Notes under the pieces: generated by a model
Seen by the model: the letters and a program-made list of their open reading frames with translations, nothing else
Told to the model about the DNA's origin: nothing
Databases searched by the model: none
Source: Paragordius varius
Lineage: Eukaryota > Animalia > Nematomorpha
Direction of reading: 5' to 3'
Assembly: GCA_964247055.1 (NCBI GenBank)
Contig: OZ176051.1
Location: 8,618,001-8,682,000, forward strand
DNA length: 64,000 nt
Position numbers and translations under genes: made by a program
Shown here: positions 1 to 11,300 of the stretch, one piece after another
Position numbering within the stretch: the first letter of the stretch is position 1
Layout: the number at the start of each line of letters is the position of its first letter

Positions 1-578
1 CAAATTTTTATCAAAAGTATACGATTTTATAACAATTATCGAATGATTTTATGTAGATAATTTATATTGTAATCAAATGAGTTTCCAACTTTTAAAGATT
101 ATTAATATATTGTCGAAATAGGATAAACATTTGGGCAACCTAAAATGATAAAAAATAACCATAAATTATACAGGAGTAGTAAAACTAGAAAGTTGTTTAA
201 ACGATTGATAAAAATTAATTTTCATATGTTAGAAACAATTATTGTTTGTATTATTTTATTCATATAGTTTGGATTTTATATATTATTAAAGGTGGAAAAA
301 AATTTTGGTGGTTTACATGTTATTTTTTTTTTGTTATAATTAATTTACATTGTACAAAAATAATTAAAGTTACTGCCTGTATTTTTAAAAATTATAAAAT
401 CAAAAAAACGATGTCGAAAGTAGATCATTTACTACCAAAAAATTTAGAATCATAACCATTTTATCCAAAATACGCTTATTTTAAAAAAATATATTTTATA
501 TGGAATCAAATATTTCAAAAATTATTGGAGGAAAAATTAAAAACCAGAATTAAAATGTAAAATTCAAAAAAATCAAAC

Positions 579-3500
579 CATTATTTTTATCTGGTTCATC
601 ATGATTTTTTATTGTGACAACTTTAATGCCCCATATGGGATGATTTTCGTTGACTTTTGTGTTATTGGGTAAGGTTATGGCAGATATTGGGATAGTTGGT
701 GAGTTTATATAACATTCTAAGACAATATCCAAAATGTATATTATACCATTTATTACACTAATTTTTTCTTTTTGATAAATACTTTACTTTTAATGTAAAC
801 TAATAAATTTTTGAAAATATTTTAACAGTGCTATAACTTGACAAATTATGCATTAGAAGTAAACTCAAAATGTACCATCCATAAAAGAATGAGACTTAAA
901 TTTGAAGAAAAGAATTATTATAGGCTGATTTTATATTTTCTAATCATTTTTATAAAAACTTTATAACATTCCAATTTTATAATTTAAAAGTCAAAAATAA
1001 ATATATTACCCCAAGATGTATCACCCTCATACTGATCCCAACATGTGGAATCTGTTTTAGATGAGCCCATATTATAAAATGGCGGTACTTTCCAACAAAC
1101 CAACATACCATCTAAACTGCCTGAAAAAAAGTAAGTGTCATCTGTTTCCAATGTACTATCAATGGTTGTATCATCAAAACTAATGGCAAGGATTGGTGCT
1201 CTATGCAATATAAAATTCAAATTTTATTAAATAGCAATTACAAAATAGGCAGTTTCAAACTTTGAATATAACTAAACTAAACAAATTTGATAAAAATAAT
1301 TTGGATTTCGTACTTTTTAAACTCATATTTTCTGTTTAATTTTGGCATTTAAATATAATTATGGAGATGATATAAGGAGAAAAGACAAATATGAAATATA
1401 GAATAATAATTAAGTTTGCCCTAAATAATGTAATATAGGTATATTCATTAAATTGGTCGATAGTAAAAATATATTATAAAATTTATAGACGTCGACACAA
1501 TATTATATTTTATCTTATTATTGGAAAAACATTTATAAAAGGTAGCTAGCTCTAATAATAAACTTACTCGTGATATCGAAATGTTGCAATAGATTCCAAT
1601 TCATTGAATGCGTTTGACCTTATATAATTATAAAAACAATTTGTTATATATATATATATATATATAGCGTGCATTTTAATGGTTATTTCACACTATAGTA
1701 GGGCAACTTGCAACACAGTCGTGTATGGAAAAAACAACAAAATGTTGGATAAACAATTATTTCCTTTCTTTTTTCCATATACTCTTGTGTTGGAAATCGC
1801 CCTCTATAGTGTGAACTAAGCAAATTGCTCTACTATTTGTGAAATAAGCAACCATCAAAATGCATACTGTATAATATAATTTAATTATATTATATAGTTG
1901 TTTAGATATGAAAATCAATGTAATTTAAAAAATTGTATGACAAATTTATAATGTTTAGTATAGTGCAAAATTCTTTTCTTTAAAATTAGTAAATAAAAAT
2001 TTTTTAATTTAAAATTTATTTGCATTGTCCATATACAATTATAGCAATAATACAAATATAAATAGATGTTAAAATAATAAAATTATACCGTGCTTTTGAA
2101 AAATATTAAACTAAAACTTGACAGCAAATATATCCTATGTTATAAATTATATGTTAAAATTACTTTTCTATTTTTTTTATAAAATAAATGATTACAGTTT
2201 CAAATTATATAATTGAGAGTAATACGAAATTACAATTCAATTCTTATTTTGCCACCCCAAAAGAGAGGTTATTGAAGGGCCAAAGTATAAAATATCATGA
2301 TTGTCTTTCTTTATTAAAAAATAAATTTTTTATTTTCTACGTTTAGTTCCTTTATAATTTCCATTTTTACTATGTATTCTATATATACTTTAAATTTATT
2401 AATACCACCAGGGTTTACAAACATAATTAATCTATAATAATTAGATTTTTCATGATATATTTTTCAATCAAAGTTTACAAATAAAATATATATTATAAAC
2501 TTTTTGTTTGTAGCATAATAAATATTGAAATTCCATTTATTGTTTTTATCGTTTGTGCTCCCATTGAGTGATGTGTTATGATGTGGTAGTTGGAATGTTG
2601 GATCTAAACACCAATACTTAATGGTTTGATCCTCAGAAGCTGTCAGTATACATGGTAAGTTTGGATGAAAAGCTATACTCCTTATAGCATCTAAATGACT
2701 GTTAATATTTAATTAGATTTATTTGATTTGATATAAAAAAATAATTTTATTAAAAAACAATTCTTTAATAACATCCCTCAGTTAGTTTTTATATATTATT
2801 AATGCAACAACATAGAAAGAATGCGATCCCTCTTAAATATGTAATATATTTACTATTGGGGAATATCAAATATTAAAATTAGATTTTTACTTTGCCTTGG
2901 AGATTCGTCTCAATTTCGATATATAGAAAAACCCCTAACCACTAATAAGGAGCTTTTTTGCATTAAAGCACCTATAAATAAATTAGCGTGTTCTAGTTTT
3001 TAAATAAAGTTTTAAATTACAAATTAAAAATCGTTAAGTGCTGAGAATAGCTCCCAACAAACTTAACTTTGTTAACATTATGATACGTGTTACATTATAA
3101 AAGAATAATTGTATTTTTTATTGATTTCATTAAATTATCTGTAGAATAATTGTTACATGTTATTTAAAAATACTTATATAATTTGTAAAAAAATAATCAG
3201 GATGCGGAGACCGACCCATATTTTACAAAGTGGGATCTATATCAAGGGTTTACTGTATACGATGATTCACAATTAAATCAAATTTAATCTTTGCGCCTAA
3301 TTTACTTATTACAAACTATAAAAGAACACAACATATGCTTCATTTTCTAAAAATAGAGAAAGAAGGTGGTTCATAATAGCAAAGTTAAAGTAAACATTTG
3401 CTTTAGACTAGTGGTTCCCAAAAGGGGGGCACCCCCCCCCCCCCCCACCCAAGAAAAGCCTAAAAATCTAAAGGCAGCGCGAAAAGGAGAATTCGATTTA

Positions 3501-5587
3501 AACTAGAAACAAATTAAAAGTTTATAAGGATCTTAGGTGCAAATTATCTATCAACATTTTTCACCGATATGGAAAAATTATCAACAAATGCAGATACAAG
3601 GATTTTATTGATATATTGTTATAATATTATAATAATTTTGCATTTTTATTTTTTTAGGAGGAGGGGAGCGCAAGAATTTTTTTCGATTTTGTGGGGCGTG
3701 AAAAAAAAGGTTGGAAACCATTACTTTAGATGCTAAAAACCATACCAGGTGTTAATAACTTTATAATAATTATAATTTTATACAAAAATTTAACAAACCT
3801 ATTTATGTATATCATTATTGAGTAAAATAATATGGTATACCCCCTTAAAGAGCATCGAATATGCCAAGATTTTGCGCCCTTTTCTTCTGAGTCATTGTAA
3901 TCGGAGGTAATATTATAATTATTCATATTTTCAGTTCCTCCTATCATCTCCAAATCATTCTTTAAACCCTAAAATATAAATTAAATATGGATAATCTGGT
4001 ACTTTTTCTTTTATTATTAATTTCCAACATAATTGATAATAAAAAAAATTAAACGTATTTTAATATAAAATTTACATCGGTATTATTAATTGGAGCATTC
4101 GTAGAGTTGAAGTTTTTGTCAATACATTTCTTATCCGTATAATTATTACTTTGCATCATGATGGAATCTATGAAATAAAATATATTTTTTTAATTGATCA
4201 AATTATTTTTTAGACAAAAATAAAAACTAATTTAAAGTATAACTATAAAATATAAGAAGCCAGTCTCAAATAATTATTTTCTTTAATAATATTTTATTGC
4301 TAATTTTAAATTGCATTTAATCCAAAATAATTAATAGGGTAAGCTGAAAAAAAGCTATTTCATTTGAATCTATATGTTAAATGAAAAAATAAGAGCATCA
4401 GCAATGTATAAATAATGTTTTATTAATAAGATATTAATTTTATATATACACCGCAAAAATAAATTATACTCCAAAGGATTACTTATCTACATATTTATTC
4501 AATCTACTTTAAAATTAATAAAAAAATGATAGGTTATAAAAAATTTTTAAAATTAAGCTAAAATGCGTAATCTTCGACTTTCTTTAATTAATTTTATAAT
4601 ATATAATGCGTAATTCTCTCAATTTTGATAGAGTAGAGTTTATTTAAACTTACAATATTTGATAAAAATAAATTATATATATTACCAAATAATTTTAATT
4701 TTATTAACTATGCGTTTAGAACAGGGGTGGTCCAGCATGCGACCCTTCGAGACTTTATGTGGGAGTCGCGAAAATTTATATATAATTGTTGTCATAAAAT
4801 ATTAGCAAAATCTTGATATTTCTTAAAAATTATATTAAATAAGTCTATTAAATAATTGGTAAAAACTCGAAAAAAAATTGTAATATTGCGTTGTCATTTA
4901 GTCTTGTCTTATGTTTGAAATCTAATAAATTACTCATTAATGCCCACATATATATATTTCAAAGATCAAAAATGGGGCCCGCAAAGCCATTTGTGTTAAA
5001 CATATATATATATCTGATCAAGAGATTTAATTTTTGTTTGACTTTTAAATATACGATAGTACGTACCTTGATTAACTAGTTCATCGTTATTTTCAACATT
5101 ATTTCCTTTATCATTTATATGATTGTCTTCGTGTGTCGGTGAAATGTTGGATAAAAAATCAAATTGTTCCAAAGCTTCGGTAGTTTTTTCATCTAACATT
5201 TCGTTACTATGTTGTTCATAATTCGAATTTATGCCATACTTATCCTCAGCTTGATATGATAAATTATTTCGATGGCTAAAATTTACTTTTGCCCCTCCTA
5301 AATCATCAAATAAAGTTTATGATTCCATGAATTATAATATATTTTTCAAAATAAAAAGTAATTTACAACTAAAAATTTCAATTATATAAAGAGGATATCA
5401 ACAAAAGAGGACAAATAATTTTATTAACAAACCATACAATTTATACTGTATTAAAATAAAATGCACCAATGTATATATATATTCCATATTTAGGCATATA
5501 AATAAAACAAAATCATGGTTAAAAAATATATGTTTAAATTTTAATATTTTGTCGCTAAAACTTAATTTTTATTGTAATTTAAAAGAT

Positions 5588-5637
<50 letters not shown>

Positions 5638-8184
5638 GAGCTTGGAGATTGCTTCATTTCTAAATAAAAATATAAAAATTTTTTATATATGATTGAATTA
5701 TATGTTGTATAAAAATAATTGGTTAAATCAATTAAATCTTTCTCTATCCAATAAATTAATATCTTAAACCTGCTCTACTAAATTTACCTGAAATATGTAA
5801 AACAATATTAAACTTAAAAAATAGTTTAAAGATGGGGGGGCAAACATAGTATCCTTTTTTAATGTAATTTATTAAAAAAACTCATATTTGTTAAAAATAA
5901 AAATGCTTACTTATTTGGAGAAGTGGATATATATTGTTTTTGACTATCGTTACTAGCTTGTGACGTTGTGGATACATTGTATTTTGGTTGGATGTTATCA
6001 TTCAAGGAGTAATTTCCATGATAAATATTAGCTAATCTTTGATTTTCTTTTTTATTTACCTCCTCTATAAAACACAAAAAAATATGTTATTAAAAATGGT
6101 TTATAATTATTAATTTTTCAAAATTCACCAAAAACCACCCAAGAGATATTAAATTTGTGGAATTATTAACTTTACGTCATATTATATATAAAAATAATAT
6201 TCAATTTTTTAAAACGAAGGAAATATTTTTAATTGGGAAAAAAAAATTATACTAAAAATCAAAATAATCAAAATAAAACATAAAAATGATTGTGTCTACC
6301 AAATTATATTTATAAAACAAATTTTTATAAAAAATTGACGATCGAAAGATAAGTTTTTCTTTTTATAAAAATAAAAAAACTAGGCCACTTTTATTTTGTA
6401 AATACTAATTTTTCTTAAAAATAAAATAATTGAAATCCACCTTGATTTTGTGCAGAATTTATACGATCTGAATTTCTTTTATTATCATCATAAGCATCAT
6501 AATTATTATTTTCTTTGTTATTGCCATCATAGTAATATGGACTTATCCCAGATTGCGCATTTGATAGACCCAATAATTTACGGGCAGACAGAGCACGTGA
6601 TTCAATCACGTTATCTATAAAACCAATTTCACGGAGATATCTAACATAAATGTAAATATCAGAGTGTGTGTCAAATTTAATGTCATGTAGTTTTTCTAAT
6701 TTTTACATTTATGAAGAGTTACAGATGCAGAAAAAATAGAGGTCACGTCGCATATAAAGAAAATAAACATTTTAGGTTAAAAAATGTAGTTTTTGCAATA
6801 AGTGAAAAATTCTCTCTCTGAAAAAATTTGGCGATCATTACTGTTTTTTTGCTATCAGACGATTATTTTTAATATTAAGTGTGTAAATTATTAGTTTATA
6901 TGAAAAAAACGGATATAATATGGTTTTGTATAAAAATGTAAAATAGGTTGTTTGTACTGTTGTAAAAGGGCAGTTCCTTGACTATTTTGCGTAAACATTG
7001 TTGCACGTTCTCCCTTATTTTCATTCACTTGAGGTGAATCATGATGGTGTTCATCAGGTTGAGCAATGTTAAAAGCTTTTAATTGATTATTTTTTCGACG
7101 TTCATTGAGAGATTCGATAATTTCCACTAAATCTATTAATTATATTTCATAAAAAATATAATTACATATTTGGTATATATATAAATCTATTTGTTTGTAG
7201 TAATAACAATCTTTTGAGTAAGGTATTTTAAAATTAAATATTGGATAATATGTTATTGGATCCAAAAAATATATAAAAACGGAGTTATATTCTCTTTGAA
7301 CGGCCGTTTGGTTTTTAACGGTTTCAAAATATATTAATATATAAGAATGTTAATCTTGTATTATTTCGAATATACTTAATAAATTATATTAGTTTAAGGA
7401 AAAATCAAAAATATGATTATTAATTTCATTGTGAAGAAACTGGCATTTATGCCGTATCGTGTTTTATTTCGATTGTAGAACCGGTAGAGATAAGAACTTA
7501 AATAAATAATTATACCTAAAAACATATTAATTTAACTAATAATTTCATAAAAAATTAATAAATCAACCCAAAAGATGTTAAAATCGCTTATATTATAATG
7601 AGTTTTGTAAAAATTTACTTTTAGTTTGATCGGCATCATATTGATCGGCAATGCTATTTAAATTTGTAGATGTTGGAGCGGTTTTCAATCTTCATTATAT
7701 ATTATGTAAAAAAATATTGATATTAAAATAATTATATATATATGTTTATATATATAAATATATATACCTTTCTTGAATAAGTGCATATTCCAACATTTTA
7801 ATGCGACGAATCAAATCTTTTTTAACGTTTTCTTGACCTTTTCTTTCTCCACTCAAAATTGCGATCTTAGCCTATATGATTATAGCATTTAATTTGAGGA
7901 ACAAAAAAGCAAAAAATAAAAATAGTTACATGTAATTCCGCTTTTTCAGATTCCCATTGAGCTCTTTCGAATTCAAATTGAGTCCATTGATGTTCCAAAA
8001 AATGAATAATTCCAGGAAGTGAATAATCATATTTATTTGATGGGTTAGAATTATTTGGATTTGTGGAAAAATTGTTATTGCCTATATTTTGTGTATTATT
8101 ATTGTTGTTATTAGGAACATTATTTTCTTTGTAGTCATTTGAGAGGGTAAGATTTGAATCTATTGTATCCTCGTTATTTTCCAT
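579..8184 (-). CDS. STRN: Striatin-family protein (STRN/STRN3/STRN4 homologue), multi-exon; 3' end not resolved, may run off the window start
   Basis: Exon 8184-7930 encodes YSLPGIIHFLEHQWTQFEFERAQWESEKAEL (striatin caveolin-binding/coiled-coil N-terminus). Exon 7871-7768 encodes AKIAILSGEKKGQENVKKDLIRRIKMLEYALIQE. Exons 7132-6958 and 6640-6441 join as QGTALLQQ/YLREIGFIDNVIESRALSARKLLGLS. TEALEQFDFL lies near 5150-5190. WD40 exons lie near 3850-3950 (WHIRCSLR), 2520-2700 (HLDAIRSIAFHP..LTASEDQTIKYW), 1007-1205 (HRAPILAI..SGSLDG) and 716-579. GT-AG boundaries were phase-compatible where checked. Confidence 0.88.
1667..1869. mobile_element. Palindromic ~200-bp MITE, pogo/Tc1-mariner type; other copies at 15851-16020, ~24965-25148 and ~50046-50216
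   Basis: Long TIR consensus CAGTATGCATTTTAATGGTTGCTTATTTCACACTATAGTAGGGCAATTTGCAACAC. TA flanks at 15849-50 and 1870-71. Four recognisable copies in the window, three of them in introns. Confidence 0.8.
3409..3723. mobile_element. hAT (Charlie-like) MITE in a striatin intron
   Basis: Termini TAGTGGTTCCCAAA ... GGTTGGAAACCATTA. The 8-bp flanks CTTTAGAC (3401-3408) and CTTTAGAT (3724-3731) match 7/8, as expected for a hAT TSD. Confidence 0.75.
5588..5634. repeat. (TA)n microsatellite; others at ~1646-1666, ~17115-17138, ~36202-36223, ~42725-42768, ~59311-59334 and ~60348-60372
   Basis: Directly visible dinucleotide runs. Confidence 0.9.
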
Positions 8185-8330
8185 AATAATAATTGTAAAA
8201 GAAAATCAGTTGTTATAAAATTTTAATATTTTTAGATTTATTAATTTTGATTATTTTTAAAAAATAATAAATTTTTTTTTGTAAAAAAACAGATTATTTG
8301 CAGGTTCTGAAAATTCCGCGAATATTCAAA
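8185..8330. promoter_or_regulatory. Putative bidirectional promoter between the striatin and RIF1-like genes
   Basis: Only 146 bp separate the divergent ATGs (8184 minus, 8331 plus). Confidence 0.55.
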
Positions 8331-11300
8331 ATGACCCAGTCCGTATCAAACGATGGACATAATCGTCAAAACCTTAAAAAATTTATCAAATTATTATCGG
8401 CATTTAAAACGATACCCACTATAGAGGTTAACTTATCATTTATATTGGTCAGAATTTTTCCAACTATATAACTTTCCTAGAAAATAATTTACTTATTATT
8501 GCAAAAATATTTACTGCATCTGAAAGTAGTCTAATTAGTTTCAATATGTTGGAAACAATTAAAAAGTATTACCTAATGTTTATTTTAGAATTTTAACTAG
8601 CTATCCATTTAATGAATTGAAAGATTATGATATTAAATGGATTCGAATAATTTACGGAATGATGTTTCATCATGATTTAGCCGTCAGAATGTTAGCTTTG
8701 GAAATTTTAAGCCTTTATACGACGCAAATTTCAGTCATATTAAATAATACTCATGAAAAGTTTATTAATGTATTAATATTAGATCGGTACTACAAAACTT
8801 TAAATCCATCTACATCAATGATTTGAAAAATTTCATAATCCCCAAATATTTAGATATCTTATCTTCAAACTTTAAATCGCCATTGAAATATTTTAATAAT
8901 AAAACTTTAGACCTAAACCTTAATTTTCTACTTCAGTGTTTGGAGATATTTTTGAAAATTTTAAACCAAGTATTAGCATTTTTAAAAAAATTTAAACAAT
9001 ATATATTATAAATAATTATATATTTATATACATCGAAAAGGACATACTCGTAAGCTTTACCGTGTTTCGATCGATTCAAAGCATTCTCAAAAAAATATGT
9101 CTTCTTTTGCAATCAAAAGATGAAATAAACCACTTTTATAGTTGTTGGAATGCATTGCTGCTTACCATTCAAAAGGGTAAATTTTATAAAATTGATAATA
9201 TTAACAATAATACTTTATTACCTTTTCCTTTTTTTCCTAGTTTAAATTTTGGGCTATGATCCAGACCTCTATTTTTTAAATGACCTCCTGTTTGTAAGTT
9301 ATTTTGAGTAAAATTTAATTATCAGTAATTGTTTTGATGTATTAGATTAAAAATGCTTATATTTTTGACAGTTGTGACTTTTAAAGTGTAAAATTAGAAC
9401 AGCTTAAAAACACGATTGAAACAAACAGTTGATATTAAAATCAAATATATCAAGTTTATGCTGGTAAAATATAGCCTGAAAGCTATTAATTTACATTTAA
9501 CCATAATATACACTTATTTGCATGTTGCTTTAGCGATAAAAAATTTTTTAGAAAAAAATGGTGGCAAAAAATTTTAGATTAGGATTTTTTTATATTCTTA
9601 ACAATTTTTTAAGCATTATAAATTCTGCTTAATACCTTAGATACTTTTTTAATATATAAATTTTATATCGCTCTCGGATATAAAATACCCCAAAGGGTAA
9701 GAGAGTTTTTAATATTTAGCACTGATAGATGAATTTTTACAAAATTGATAACTATATCTAATCCGAAAATAGTGATTATTTGACAAAATATATTTTATAT
9801 GTTTTATATCCTCTAATAATTTTTTTCATCTGATATTCAAAATTGCATAACTTTCTTTCTTTAGGATTGTTAACACAACGAAAGCATACCAAAATTGAAA
9901 TATCCCTGTATTATCCATTTTTGGCAAAGCCATTTACTTTGGGACACTTTAATATAACAAAGTCTAATACGTTTAAAATAGAGACGACATATGAATTAAT
10001 AACTCAAATTAAGTACATTTATTAACTGATAGCTCAGTGTTGGTATAGGTGTATTTATATATTTTAGCAAGGATAAATTACAATAATAAATTAGAATACT
10101 ATTTGTATCAAATACAATGTCATATAAATTATATAATAAATAATAATAATATAACTTAAGGTTATAACCAATTAACATTATCTTCCCCCTATAGTAAAGC
10201 GGTCTGGGGGTTTTCGCTGGCGTTGTGGGTACCTGGGTTTAGGCATGTCTATATTCGTTGTTGGAGCTACGTTATTATCCTGTGTGGTTATGCCTATTGG
10301 CGATGGTTGTATATTATTGTTTATGGCTTCGAGATCTGGTGGAGTAGAGGTATATTCTTCGGAATTAATTGGTGTTTCGGGCGCTGGCGTGGTTGTTCTC
10401 GGACATTCCATTCTTTGTTTTAATTGATCAGCGTGTTTTCTAAGAACTCTGTCTGTTTCGTCTGTTACCATATATGATAATGGGCCCCGGCGTTCTAATA
10501 TTTCCCCTGCCCTCCATCCTTTTTCTATTTCATTTTTTATAAAAACCTTCTCTCTTGGAACGAACTGGCGAGTCGGTTCTATTTCATTATCGATAAACTC
10601 AGTTGTTTGTGTTTTGAGCCATGACATCGGACCATTTGGGTGTCTCTTCAGAAAGACTTGTGATGGTGTATTCATAATGGCACTGTGTGTTGAGTTTCGA
10701 TAGCCATATAAAATCGTGTTGATTGCCTCGTGGGCATGCATTGTTTGCGTTTTCGTAGCTCTATATCTGAATTTGAGGGTTGCAATACATCTTTCAACCA
10801 ATCCATTGGACTTGGGATGGTATGGACTCACTAAAATATGTTTTATATTAAGATTATGTAAGGTACTTCTAAATTCATGGGATGTAAAGTATGGCCCATT
10901 ATCAGTGACTATCTGTCTCGGAAAACCAAATCTGGCCATGTGTTTTTCTAAACAATTCAATAATTGTTGTGAGGTTATCGATTTGAGTAGATCCACCTCA
11001 ACCCATCTTGAAGCGCTATCAATGGTAACTAACCAAAAATAACCATCTATGGGGCCGGCTATGTCGATGTGAATTCTCTCCCACAACGCGGTGTTGAAAT
11101 TCCATTTCCACGTTGGATTTTCCTTTATATTAGGCTTGTTTCTTTGACACGGTTCACATGTTTCTACAAAATTTTCTAAATCTTTTTCTAAGTTTGGCCA
11201 ATATATGGATTGTCTTGCTTGTTGTTTCATCGATTGCGCTCCGTTATGTCCAGTATGTAGGAATTTCATTACGTCCCGCTGCAAAGATGTGGGTATTAGT

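Noticed and set aside
9996-10178. Identical 60-aa ORFs at 9996-10178 and 14025-14207
   Set aside because: They are LTR sequence with a non-ATG start, useful only as evidence of LTR identity.
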